Below are positions 42,435 to 51,564 of a DNA stretch of 54,541 nucleotides, in pieces. This DNA comes from Verrucomicrobiota bacterium (lineage in GTDB: Bacteria; Verrucomicrobiota; Kiritimatiellia; SS1-B-03-39; UBA6053). The DNA lies in the NCBI GenBank assembly GCA_046581765.1, contig JAYGFS010000338.1, positions 1 through 54,541 of the forward strand. The letters are read 5' to 3'. The stretch's first letter is position 1, and each line of letters starts with the position of its first letter. The translations under genes and the position numbers were made by a program. A model generated the notes under the pieces. That model was given only the letters and a program-made list of their open reading frames with translations, searched no databases and had not been told where the DNA came from.

Positions 42435-43822
42435 GGATTTCGCCGTCCGTTCACCAGGGCGGGTTGATGCAGGGTCGGTTCAGCCTCAGGACCGGCTTTC
42501 GCCCGCAGGCGGTCGACGCATTCGTACCCGAGGGCAAAGGAATGATCCTGGTTGGCTACCTCGTATTTCCAGCTGCCGAAGCGGCCACGGCTGTAGATAC
42601 CCTGCGCTTCAAAGGCGCGCAGCAGGGGATCCACGATCGCATCCCGACCGAGGAAGGGCGTGGGATAGCCCTGTTCGATCCGCCGGTACTCCCGGGAGAG
42701 GATCTTGACCCCGGACGGCAGCAGGCCGTCCTCCTTCAAGGCGCGAACGGTATCCTCCACCAGGGTCTCGTGGTTGACGGGCTTCTTCACGCTCTCCGAG
42801 GTCTCGGTCATCAGCGACCACTGCTCGCCGGGCCGGGACACGTTGTTCGGGCTGTAGTTACTGAACACGGTCACCCGATAATAGGGGCTGTTCGATTCCG
42901 GGAAATACATCCAGCACTTGGTATCGAGATGTTCGGGTGTTTGCCCTTCCATGCCGATGCCGACGATATGGGTCGAGGAATAGACCAGGTCCCCGGCCGT
43001 GCGGGCCTCCACCACCCCCGGGGCCAACTCGATGAGGTGGTTCAGCGGCATGGTCGAGATCAGGTGGGTGTAGCTGTAGTTATTCCCCTGCGCATCGGTG
43101 ACCGTCTTTTTCACGGGATCGATCGCGGTGACCGCCGTGTTCAGCCGGATCTGTTCACCCGGAAGCATGGCCCCTATTTTCTGCCAAACCGCGCCGGTGC
43201 CGCCTTCTCGTGGAAACCGAAATACGGCAGTGGGCCCCCAGGAAACGGCATCTTCACCCTTGCAGATGGACTTTAGAACCCCCTCCAGCGCAGGTACGGA
43301 AACGCGTTCGCCGATCCAGGCGAAATCCAGCTCCTCCGGCGGAAAAGCCCAGACCTTGAAATTGTAGGGTTCCATGAACAACTCCGTGATCCCCGCGCCG
43401 AAAGTCGCCCGCATCCAATCGCCGAAATGTGCGGGCGATGCAGCCGTGGCCGTGGCGGCTGCCTGCATGAGTCCCTGTACGCCTTTCCAGCGATCCTCCG
43501 GGTCGAGTCGATGCAGATTGTTCTGGAAAGGATACGGGATAAATCGGTTGCGCATCCACACCCAGCTTTCACGCTGGTGGGAAATCCAGCCGTCCGGGCC
43601 GAGCGCGGCATCCATGTAGCGGTCAAAGGTTTCGTAATGTGAGAACTGGACATGTCCACCGTGATCCCAGAGGAATCCCTGCTCGTCTACCCAGGAGGAC
43701 GCGAGGCCGCCGAAGTGCCCCGCCGCCTCCAGCAGCAGCCAGTCCTCGCTGTTTTCGTGTAAACGGGTTGCTGCGCCAAGACCTGTTGGCCCGGCACCTA
43801 TGATGATCGTTTCTCTATGCAT
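42431..43822 (-). CDS. glf: UDP-galactopyranose mutase, long eukaryote-type form
   Basis: Start at the ATG 43820..43822 (MHRETIIIGAGPTGLGAATRL). The track start at 43876 is a TTG. The signature strings match my recollection of Aspergillus/Leishmania UGMs: GGLASS, GGHVQFSHYETFD, PYPFQNN, EPYNFKVWAFP, AWIGERVS, FRFPREGGTG, YSSTHIVGIG, KCWMYFPESNSPYYRVTVFSNYSPNN, GYPTP, SRGRFGSWKYEVANQDHSF, VNGRRN. Confidence 0.9.
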   Translation of the reverse strand: MHRETIIIGAGPTGLGAATRLHENSEDWLLLEAAGHFGGLASSWVDEQGFLWDHGGHVQFSHYETFDRYMDAALGPDGWISHQRESWVWMRNRFIPYPFQNNLHRLDPEDRWKGVQGLMQAAATATAASPAHFGDWMRATFGAGITELFMEPYNFKVWAFPPEELDFAWIGERVSVPALEGVLKSICKGEDAVSWGPTAVFRFPREGGTGAVWQKIGAMLPGEQIRLNTAVTAIDPVKKTVTDAQGNNYSYTHLISTMPLNHLIELAPGVVEARTAGDLVYSSTHIVGIGMEGQTPEHLDTKCWMYFPESNSPYYRVTVFSNYSPNNVSRPGEQWSLMTETSESVKKPVNHETLVEDTVRALKEDGLLPSGVKILSREYRRIEQGYPTPFLGRDAIVDPLLRAFEAQGIYSRGRFGSWKYEVANQDHSFALGYECVDRLRAKAGPEAEPTLHQPALVNGRRNP

Positions 43823-43885
43823 AAGGCGATGGGGTGGGAATGAACCGTCAACAACGGCCCGGGTTAAGCGATACAAGGTCCCGCG

Positions 43886-44722
43886 CTACTCGACAGCGGC
43901 AGCGTGAAGGTCAAACCAGTACTGGTACGGATTTTCAGACCGTCGAGCCAGGTGCCGGGTGAAATAGTTGATATTGGCGGAAACGGTTTTCATGGATTGC
44001 CACTCACCGTAGGTACCCTCAGCAAAGGGCCCTGAACAGCCTTCATTAAAATACCAGCCATCCTGGCTCCGCAATCGATGTACCCAGGCATCCACGCGTT
44101 TGCGCCGGGCCAGCTTGATCAATCCCCGGGAACCCAGTGAAAAATCCTTAAGTCGGCGGTTCAGGAAATGATGCCAGCGATGCCGAAACACCAGGGGGCG
44201 GCGCAGGGGACAGAAGGTCTGCTGGTCGATCATCTTGAACTTACGATAGCCCTCTTTGTACAGCTGCCTGATAAAATCCACCCCGCTGCATTCCACGGAA
44301 ATAAATTCCGGGCGCGGGGCTTTATGCAGCGCATCCAGGCAGAGCTGGTCGTTTCCCTCAATATCGATCTTCATGAAATAGGGCGTCCCCAGCTCGGCCA
44401 GGATATCCGCGAAGGGCCGGGTGGGCACCTCGACCCGCGTCAACGCGTGACCCCGGCGACCCGCAGCCTCCTTGTCGAACGAACTCCAGACACTTTTCGC
44501 TTCATTCACCCAGAAATCCGCATGCCCAGCCTCAGCGGCCACTCCCAGGTTCAAGATGTTCAGGTCTCCCCGATCGATGGCCTCGCGGAAGCGGTCTTCC
44601 GCCCCGGTGCAGAGCACCGGGTCCGCCTCGATAGCCAACACGCGATAACCGCTGTGCAGGTAGTACGCGGTGTCGTCACCGTTATTCATGCCGACATCGT
44701 AAATGAGCTTTTTATCCGTCAT
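43886..44722 (-). CDS. FkbM-family SAM-dependent methyltransferase
   Basis: Trimmed to the ATG at 44720..44722 (MTDKKLIYDVGMNNGDDTAYYL...), an 11-nt overlap with the upstream stop. Motifs are YDVGMNNGDDT, LAIEADP and FMKIDIEGNDQLCLDAL. Confidence 0.8.
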   Translation of the reverse strand: MTDKKLIYDVGMNNGDDTAYYLHSGYRVLAIEADPVLCTGAEDRFREAIDRGDLNILNLGVAAEAGHADFWVNEAKSVWSSFDKEAAGRRGHALTRVEVPTRPFADILAELGTPYFMKIDIEGNDQLCLDALHKAPRPEFISVECSGVDFIRQLYKEGYRKFKMIDQQTFCPLRRPLVFRHRWHHFLNRRLKDFSLGSRGLIKLARRKRVDAWVHRLRSQDGWYFNEGCSGPFAEGTYGEWQSMKTVSANINYFTRHLARRSENPYQYWFDLHAAAVE

Positions 44723-45644
44723 CGGACTCCTGCCGCCAGAGTTTCGGTAGGGAGGCTTCAAGGGTTTGAAAGGCAAAGCCCGGAAAATGTGAGAGTAACT
44801 TCTGTGCGTCCAGCACTGCTGAAGCATTATCGAGATCACGACGCGCGGCTATATTGAAGTCGATGTTCACATCGACAACGGCCTTGAACAGATCGATTAA
44901 TTGCAGCACGGAAACACCACGTCCGGTGCCGAGATTGTAGGTGTCCGAGTGCCTGAGATCACGCAACGAATGGCTCATCAAGTAGGCAATATCTTCCACG
45001 TGTACATAATCACGCAGGGTCTGGTCATCGCCGAATACCTGCAGGGTTTCACCCTTCCGAACTCGATCCATCCACACCGCAATCACCCCTTGCTGTCGAT
45101 CCGGATCTTGACGCGGGCCATAGGCATTCGCAATCCGGTACACGTCCGTGGCGATCCCGTATCGTTGCTGCACGTAATACAGCAGGTGTTCGGCGGTCAA
45201 CTTGCCGATCCCGTACGGGTTGAAGGGCCGGGGCACCACGCGTTCATCGATCAGTCCCTCGCGCGTGCCGTAGACCGTACCTCCCGAGGAGGCAAACACG
45301 AGCTTGCGTACCCCCGAGGCCGCCGCGCGACGGGAAAGATGGAGGAGAATCGGAAGGTTCGACTGCACCTCGATTTCCGGCTGCTCCCATGCCTTGACCG
45401 GATGGGAGTTCCAGGCAAAATGATAGACCACATCAAAACCTTCATCCATGAAGGTCATGGAATCATTATCGTCCAGGATATGGGGGATCAACCGAACGCG
45501 GTCTTCGACAGAGCGGAGATGCTTTGAACACCCATCGACAAATTGATCTAGCACGCTCACCTCATGACCGTCGTTGACGGCCCGCTCGACAAAATGCGAA
45601 CCGACAAATCCATCGCCCCCGGTAACCAATATTCGATGTGCCAT
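44712..45644 (-). CDS. NAD-dependent sugar epimerase (UDP-hexose 4-epimerase, GalE-like SDR)
   Basis: Start at the ATG 45642..45644 (TGATG junction). Rossmann motif ILVTGGDGFVGSH. The epimerase-type catalytic region is ASSGGTVYG...YGIGK, with no dehydratase Glu. Confidence 0.88.
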   Translation of the reverse strand: MAHRILVTGGDGFVGSHFVERAVNDGHEVSVLDQFVDGCSKHLRSVEDRVRLIPHILDDNDSMTFMDEGFDVVYHFAWNSHPVKAWEQPEIEVQSNLPILLHLSRRAAASGVRKLVFASSGGTVYGTREGLIDERVVPRPFNPYGIGKLTAEHLLYYVQQRYGIATDVYRIANAYGPRQDPDRQQGVIAVWMDRVRKGETLQVFGDDQTLRDYVHVEDIAYLMSHSLRDLRHSDTYNLGTGRGVSVLQLIDLFKAVVDVNIDFNIAARRDLDNASAVLDAQKLLSHFPGFAFQTLEASLPKLWRQESDDG

Positions 45645-46855
45645 CAGGAACTCCCCAGGCGATTCCACAGGTTTCCGGGCAGGTGCCAGGCAAGCCTGGA
45701 CTTCCAGGTTTTCCCCGGATTACCCGGGAGCTGAAAACCCGACCAATCCACCGGGCCGGGAAACCGGGTAAACAGGTCGTCCAGGATCCGGCGGAACTCC
45801 GCGAGCGTGACCTGGATGGAATGTTGTTCGCCCTGGCGACGTGCGGCCGTCTTCAGGCGGGAAAGTCGTGCGGGATCACGGTACAGGTCCAGGACCTCGG
45901 CGGCCGCACGGGCAGCATCACCTACCGGGAAAAGCAAGCCGTTCTCGTCATGGGAGATGATTTCCTCCACCCCGCCCGGCACGGATGCGACCACGGGAAC
46001 GACCCCTTCGGCCAGGGCATGAAAGAGTACAAGCGGCATGCCTTCATACGCGGAAAACAGCACCAAAACATCACTGCCAACGAAATGCTGCATGGCTTCG
46101 GAGTACGGCAGCGAACCGGCAAGCGTCACGTGACCCGCCTCAATCGCGTCGACCAGCGATGAGGCAATCTCATCGTAGGCATCGCCGTGGCCCACGATGA
46201 CCAACTCATATGGAATCCCGGATGTTTCCATGGCCCGGGCAAAGGGAATTAAATCCTGCGCGTTCTTTTGTTCACGGTTCAGGCGCGACATGTACACGAT
46301 ACGGATCCGGCCCTCCCGCATGACCTCCAGCTGCCAGTTCTCCGGAACCTGCACCCCGATAAACAGCTCGCCGACGCGGGTGTGCCATTTTTCATCCAGG
46401 TTTTCACGCAAGCGCTGGGTGATGCGGCAACTATTTCCCAGGATCAACTCCAGGCGGGACACCAGGACCTTGGCATAATCGTAGTAGGTCTGGTCCGGGC
46501 GGTCCACGAGACAGAAGTTGATCGCCGGAAGGCTCCCCGGCACACAGGCGAGCACGTCCTCGGCATGGCGCCATTCGACAAATACGAGCAGGCCCGGATC
46601 AAAGGCGCGTATCGCGCGGGACAAATGACGTTGAAAAGATCGTTCACTGTGCCCCCGCTTTCGATGGAGGGCATGCATCATGGACGCCAGCGGACGGGTC
46701 TCCTCATCGATCTCCATCTCCGTGTCAGCCAGGTCGAAGAGGGCCACGTCGTAGCCCTCCTGCGGCAGATAGTTCAGGCAATTCAGGAGAAAGGTGCGCA
46801 CGCCACCGTACTGGCCAATGTCGTCCCATATAAACAGAATGCGTTGAGGGTGCAT
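45644..46855 (-). CDS. glycosyltransferase family 4 (GT-B)
   Basis: 403 aa. RILFIWDDIGQYGGVRTF and FSAYEGMPLVLFHALAEGVVPVVASVPGG are present. Confidence 0.88.
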   Translation of the reverse strand: MHPQRILFIWDDIGQYGGVRTFLLNCLNYLPQEGYDVALFDLADTEMEIDEETRPLASMMHALHRKRGHSERSFQRHLSRAIRAFDPGLLVFVEWRHAEDVLACVPGSLPAINFCLVDRPDQTYYDYAKVLVSRLELILGNSCRITQRLRENLDEKWHTRVGELFIGVQVPENWQLEVMREGRIRIVYMSRLNREQKNAQDLIPFARAMETSGIPYELVIVGHGDAYDEIASSLVDAIEAGHVTLAGSLPYSEAMQHFVGSDVLVLFSAYEGMPLVLFHALAEGVVPVVASVPGGVEEIISHDENGLLFPVGDAARAAAEVLDLYRDPARLSRLKTAARRQGEQHSIQVTLAEFRRILDDLFTRFPGPVDWSGFQLPGNPGKTWKSRLAWHLPGNLWNRLGSS

Positions 46856-46858
46856 GAA

Positions 46859-48073
46859 TCAGCCCAGCAGGGTTTCAAAACGGTCGGCAACCTGGTGCCA
46901 TTGAAATCGTTCACGCCAGGCCACATGCCCCCTCGCCCCGATCCGGGCGGCGGCCTCGGGGTCGGCCAGCAGGGCGACCATTTCCCGTCCGAGTGCGTCC
47001 ACCGAATCAAACGCGACCAGGAGGCCGGTCTCCCCATGATCGATAAAGGTTTCGCAACAGGATTCGCTACAGGCGATCACCGGTTTGTGATGGCGCCATG
47101 CATCAAGGTAAACCATGCCGAAAGAATCACTGATCGAAGGCACGGCCAACAAACTACACGCGGCCAGGGCTTCCTCGCGTTCCAGGGTATCCACGTCGTC
47201 TGCCTGGATAACCAGGCGCTCCACGTCAAATTGAGAACGGTCGAGGTATTCCTGGATCCACTCCGGACGATTGTGCGAAAAACCCAGCAGGGCCAGCCGG
47301 GCTTCCGGCTCTTCCGCCCAGACCTGCTCCATCGCCTCCACCACGTGGGTAACACCCTTGTTATAAATCTTCCGACCGAGAAAAAGTACCAGTGGCGCAT
47401 CCGGGGGAATGTGATGCCTTTGTCGAAAGGCCAATGGATCCACTTCACCTGGGTAGGGATAAGATCCAGCCAGCATCGTGTGCATATCCCCTTGGGCCCA
47501 CCCGCGGCCGGCAAAAAAGGTCTGTTCAAAATCGGTGAGGGTACAGATCGCGTGGTAGCCTTCATGCAGGCGCTTCAACACGGGATAACGCGATACCTCT
47601 TCATGGGGATGAGCAAAAGGAAAGGCGGCCGTCCAGGTGCCGGGCGAAAGGCGCGGCAGCAGCTCGGCCATGTGAAGCGTCCATGCGCTTGATCCTGAAT
47701 TCATTAATATCACTGCATCAAATTCCCTGAAGTTGTCCGGGTTCTCCAGTTCCGGGCAGCAGGGACCCCGGGCCATAAGTCGGGTTCTCCCCGAGCGAAA
47801 CAACCACCGGCCGAGGCGATATCCCCCGCGTTTTTCCTCGATGGAAATGGCCCGTTTCGCCCGTGCTTCCGGACGGGGGTCGCGCGGGAAGGTCAGGACG
47901 GGACAGGCGGCCTCTCCCAGGGCCCCGGGATCACTTCGCGTATCGGTTTCATCCGCAATAATCGTCACCTCATGCCCTTTCCCGGCCAACTCATCCGCGA
48001 GGCAGCGGGTGTATAGCACCGAACCTCCACCCGCCCACAGGTACCGCGGGCAAAGAAAAGCAAGACGTTTCAT
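46859..48073 (-). CDS. glycosyltransferase family 4-like (GT-B)
   Basis: 404 aa. LAFLCPRYLWAGGGSVLYTRCLADELAGKGHEV and VPSISDSFGMVYLDAWRHHKPVIA...ETGLLV are present. The ATG at 48071..48073 abuts the upstream TGA. Confidence 0.85.
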   Translation of the reverse strand: MKRLAFLCPRYLWAGGGSVLYTRCLADELAGKGHEVTIIADETDTRSDPGALGEAACPVLTFPRDPRPEARAKRAISIEEKRGGYRLGRWLFRSGRTRLMARGPCCPELENPDNFREFDAVILMNSGSSAWTLHMAELLPRLSPGTWTAAFPFAHPHEEVSRYPVLKRLHEGYHAICTLTDFEQTFFAGRGWAQGDMHTMLAGSYPYPGEVDPLAFRQRHHIPPDAPLVLFLGRKIYNKGVTHVVEAMEQVWAEEPEARLALLGFSHNRPEWIQEYLDRSQFDVERLVIQADDVDTLEREEALAACSLLAVPSISDSFGMVYLDAWRHHKPVIACSESCCETFIDHGETGLLVAFDSVDALGREMVALLADPEAAARIGARGHVAWRERFQWHQVADRFETLLG

Positions 48074-49378
48074 TCAGCTCGATCCAACCGCACAGATTTC
48101 CTGGTACGCATGTTCGTAGCGCTCAGCCATGGTGTTCAGGTCGAAACGCGCGCGCGCATCCTCGGCTGCAAATCCACGCATCTCCCGCAGGCGCTCAGGC
48201 TGGCTTAGCAATTGGTCCGCCACCGCAGCCATCGCCGCTGCATCGCCCGGCGGGACAAGTACGCCATTCTTACCATCGATGATCTGCTCGGGGATCCCGC
48301 CCACCTTCGTGCTGATCGCAGGCGTCCCACAGGCCAGGGTTTCCAGGATCACCAGGGGATAATTATCCGCCCGGGTCGCGAAGAGGAACAGGTCCGCCGC
48401 CTGGTAATACCGCGCCAGGGTTTCGGGGTCCTCGATAAAGGGAACGTAACGGAACACATGTAGACCGCGTTGCACGTCACGCGCCTCCTGCCCGCCTACC
48501 ACGAGGCAGGTCACCGGCGTCTGCATCCGTTCCACCGCTTTTTCAATCGTGGTAAAATCCTTGAACGGATTATTCGCATTGGCCGAGAACATAAGTACGG
48601 GACGACCCGGCTCCAGGCCCAGTGAAGCGCGGATCTCCTCGCGATCTCCGGGCGTGAAAATGTCCAGCCGAATACCATTGGGCACCACGCGTACGGGCCG
48701 GTCTTTAAACATCGACTGCCCTACCCGCTGCTTCAACCATTCACTCGGCGTAACCAGGTGCAGGTGGCTCTCCGCGTAAATAGACGCCTTGCGCTGCCAG
48801 TTAAACGCGGTGCCGTCGGCCTCGATGGCCGGCGGCGTATCCAGGTGAGGGCATTCACCACAGGCGCTTTGCCAGCGATCACAGCCCAGGGTATACGAAC
48901 AATGGCCGGTGAAGCTCCACTCGTCATGCAGGGTCATCATGAAGGGCGTGTCCTGGCTGAGCCTGGGCAATTGACGTAAGTCAAAATAGAATCCGTGCAG
49001 GTTATGCGCGTGAATCAGGTCCGGCTTAATCGGCGGCAGGAAGGGAATCCGGGAGGTCCCCACGTAATCGAAAAGCTCCTCGCCCCGTTCACGTGCGAGC
49101 TGGGTTTTCCGGCCAGCGAGCAACTGTAAGCCCCGGGCAAGTTGCCAGGAACCGCGCCACGTATGGGTTAACAGGTGGTCGGCCGTGTGCAGGGCACCAA
49201 AACGCCAGGATGCGGGAGGGGGATTCGGCACCACGAAAACGCCCGGGTCACGTGATTTCTTGATCCCCACCGACATCCAGGAGCCATGCCCTCTCGCTCG
49301 CATCGCCTCGAACAAGTCCCAGGCGACGCGCTCGGCACCCCCACCCGCATCGGAGGAATTCAGCTGAAGAATATTCAT
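48074..49378 (-). CDS. glycosyltransferase family 4 (GT-B)
   Basis: Trimmed to the ATG at 49376..49378 (MNILQLNSSDAGGGAERVA...), which forms an ATGA junction. TLHDEWSFTGHCSY...CGECPH and FATRADNYPLVILETLACGTPAISTKVGG are present. Confidence 0.88.
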   Translation of the reverse strand: MNILQLNSSDAGGGAERVAWDLFEAMRARGHGSWMSVGIKKSRDPGVFVVPNPPPASWRFGALHTADHLLTHTWRGSWQLARGLQLLAGRKTQLARERGEELFDYVGTSRIPFLPPIKPDLIHAHNLHGFYFDLRQLPRLSQDTPFMMTLHDEWSFTGHCSYTLGCDRWQSACGECPHLDTPPAIEADGTAFNWQRKASIYAESHLHLVTPSEWLKQRVGQSMFKDRPVRVVPNGIRLDIFTPGDREEIRASLGLEPGRPVLMFSANANNPFKDFTTIEKAVERMQTPVTCLVVGGQEARDVQRGLHVFRYVPFIEDPETLARYYQAADLFLFATRADNYPLVILETLACGTPAISTKVGGIPEQIIDGKNGVLVPPGDAAAMAAVADQLLSQPERLREMRGFAAEDARARFDLNTMAERYEHAYQEICAVGSS

Positions 49379-51564
49379 CCCGCTCGTTTCAGGAAACGTC
49401 CCGGGGCCAACAGGAAGAGCATGCAATTTAAACCGCCGCGCATAATCGCGCCCGCCGAGGCGGCCCGTTGCGTAAAGGCCAGGACCAGGCACGACCGATA
49501 CACATCCCAACCCGGGCGAATGGCCGCAGGCAACTTAAAATACAGGGCACCGGCCGCCTTGACCGGGGAGATCGTTCCCACCGGCCAAACGACAGGATGG
49601 TGCATGTACAGGTGCAGCAGGAAGGACCCCAGCAAGGGCAGATCCACAAAATCCAGTTCGTCAAAATCCAGCTTAGCCCCCCGCTCCGCCAGGCGGTCGA
49701 GCTCGTGCAACCAGGCATCCCAGGACAAGCGGCCATATCGCAATCCCAGGAGCAGCAGGTTGAGATCCATGACCCAGCGGGCGGACGCACATGCCGGCCG
49801 CGCAGGGGCTTGCGCCACGTCATCCACGAAATCCACCAGGTTGGCCAAGGCCTCGGCCCCGGTTGCCACCACCACCTTGGACAGAAAAGCCCGGGCCTTC
49901 TCCAGTGTTTCCTCCCGAAAAACCTCGTCTTCCATCAGGCGCTCAATCGTGGGTACCAGGTCTTCGATCCGGTCCAGGACCACCGCTCCGCCGTCTTCCA
50001 TTTGTTCACAGGGCGGATACGCCACGGCATCCTTCAGGTAGATCACCGGCACCCGTTTCACCAGGATCTCGGGTAGTACCGAGGTGTGGATATTAATAAT
50101 CATGGCCAGGTCGGCTTCTTCCAGGGCATCCTGGGTGGAAAGGTCGCGCCGCATGCACACGTTCGGCACCTCCTGAAAGGCCGGGCTCTGGTAAAAGCCA
50201 AAATGATCTGAATACGGATGCGGCTTGATAATCACATCCCAGTCCGGGTGCTGGCGGAACAGGTCCAGCAGCTGCATCCAGCTCTGCTTGAGGGCCCGGG
50301 GATGAACCCAGGTCATCATGTGTCCATGCATCACCGGCTGTGAGGTGAACAGCACGATACGTTTCCGACCCGGGGAAACATCGCGGGGTTCGCCCCACTC
50401 GAGCTGCATGCCCTGGCGGAGGGTACCGAGGGCCCGGACCTGGACCTCGCTTGGCCGCCAGGCACTGTGCCCCGCCAATTCATATTGCCCGCACACCATC
50501 GCGTGATTGAGAGCCCCCTGGTGCCGCAGGTGGGTTTCATCCGTTTTGATTCCCCAGTGATCGATCGAAATCACCGGCACCCCTTCCGCGCGGAGTGCCC
50601 GGGTAAATGCCCGGACCGAACCCGCGACGTCGCTGCCCGTGACGACGGCATGGGGGCGATAAGCCCAGGCCGCGAGTTTGCCGAGGTGGTAGGTATGCAC
50701 GCCGGCTTTCAACCAGCGACCAAACGAATCCCATAGGAACTCCATGTGCGGATTTTCAAAGATGCAGGCCGGCCCATCCTCCCATTCGCCCCGGGCTTCC
50801 GCCACGACTGCATCGATCGCCGCCAGGGCCGCACGCGTATCAAAGGGAAAAGATTGCAACTCGGCCAGGGACTGGGCGGGCATTCCGCCACGTGAAAACC
50901 GTTCACCCATTACCAACCAGGCCTTTTCCGGATCATCGTAGCTATCCAGTAAGAGGCCCTGCTCCACCCAGGCGCCGCCCTCCGCGTAGGAAAGATAACG
51001 AATCGTTCGATGCAGCCATTCCGGGTCGAAATCGGGACAACGGTCCTCCACCTCGAGCGGCTTTTCCCGGGTGGGCCTGCCCGGTCCGATCGCCCTCCCC
51101 CGGTCGCCCGCCACCCATGCTGCTATCGCGTTAAACGAGTCTGTCGGGGGCTCCGGGGAATCCCAATACATGGCTTCATATAATTGATTCTCGTAGACCC
51201 AGTCGTGGTCGGGATACCGGTCGCGCACGCGCTCCAGGACCTTGGCTGCATTCATCGATGCGCGAAAACCCCAGAGTAAATCGTTGCACATGCCACGCAC
51301 CAGGTCCCATTCATCCAGGAGGACCCGCCCGGCAAGGCGCCGGCCCACCATGTCGCAGAGTTCCCAGGCCTTCCCGATATGCGCATCGTCTTCCTCTACG
51401 CGGAAGAAATCCCAGAAATCAATGTACCGGCGGCCCTGGGTTTCGAGTTTCACCTGGAGCTGGAGGTCCCCGGTCAGCACAAGCCAATCCGGATGGATGT
51501 CCAGCCGTTCAAACTGCTCGGCATAGACCAGGAACGCGATGGTGGGATGTTGGGGCGCACTCAT
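49375..51564 (-). CDS. large hypothetical protein with a possible GT-B / capsule-synthesis (KpsS/TagF-like) core
   Basis: 729 aa, soluble, embedded by ATGA overlaps on both sides. The central segment is RKRIVLFTSQP...WDVIIKPHPYSDH...EEADLAMIINIHTSVLPEILVKRVPVIYL. It resembles the KxHP...nucleotide-sugar-binding half of capsule/teichoic GT-B enzymes. The N- and C-terminal thirds are unrecognisable to me. Confidence 0.7.
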   Translation of the reverse strand: MSAPQHPTIAFLVYAEQFERLDIHPDWLVLTGDLQLQVKLETQGRRYIDFWDFFRVEEDDAHIGKAWELCDMVGRRLAGRVLLDEWDLVRGMCNDLLWGFRASMNAAKVLERVRDRYPDHDWVYENQLYEAMYWDSPEPPTDSFNAIAAWVAGDRGRAIGPGRPTREKPLEVEDRCPDFDPEWLHRTIRYLSYAEGGAWVEQGLLLDSYDDPEKAWLVMGERFSRGGMPAQSLAELQSFPFDTRAALAAIDAVVAEARGEWEDGPACIFENPHMEFLWDSFGRWLKAGVHTYHLGKLAAWAYRPHAVVTGSDVAGSVRAFTRALRAEGVPVISIDHWGIKTDETHLRHQGALNHAMVCGQYELAGHSAWRPSEVQVRALGTLRQGMQLEWGEPRDVSPGRKRIVLFTSQPVMHGHMMTWVHPRALKQSWMQLLDLFRQHPDWDVIIKPHPYSDHFGFYQSPAFQEVPNVCMRRDLSTQDALEEADLAMIINIHTSVLPEILVKRVPVIYLKDAVAYPPCEQMEDGGAVVLDRIEDLVPTIERLMEDEVFREETLEKARAFLSKVVVATGAEALANLVDFVDDVAQAPARPACASARWVMDLNLLLLGLRYGRLSWDAWLHELDRLAERGAKLDFDELDFVDLPLLGSFLLHLYMHHPVVWPVGTISPVKAAGALYFKLPAAIRPGWDVYRSCLVLAFTQRAASAGAIMRGGLNCMLFLLAPGRFLKRAG

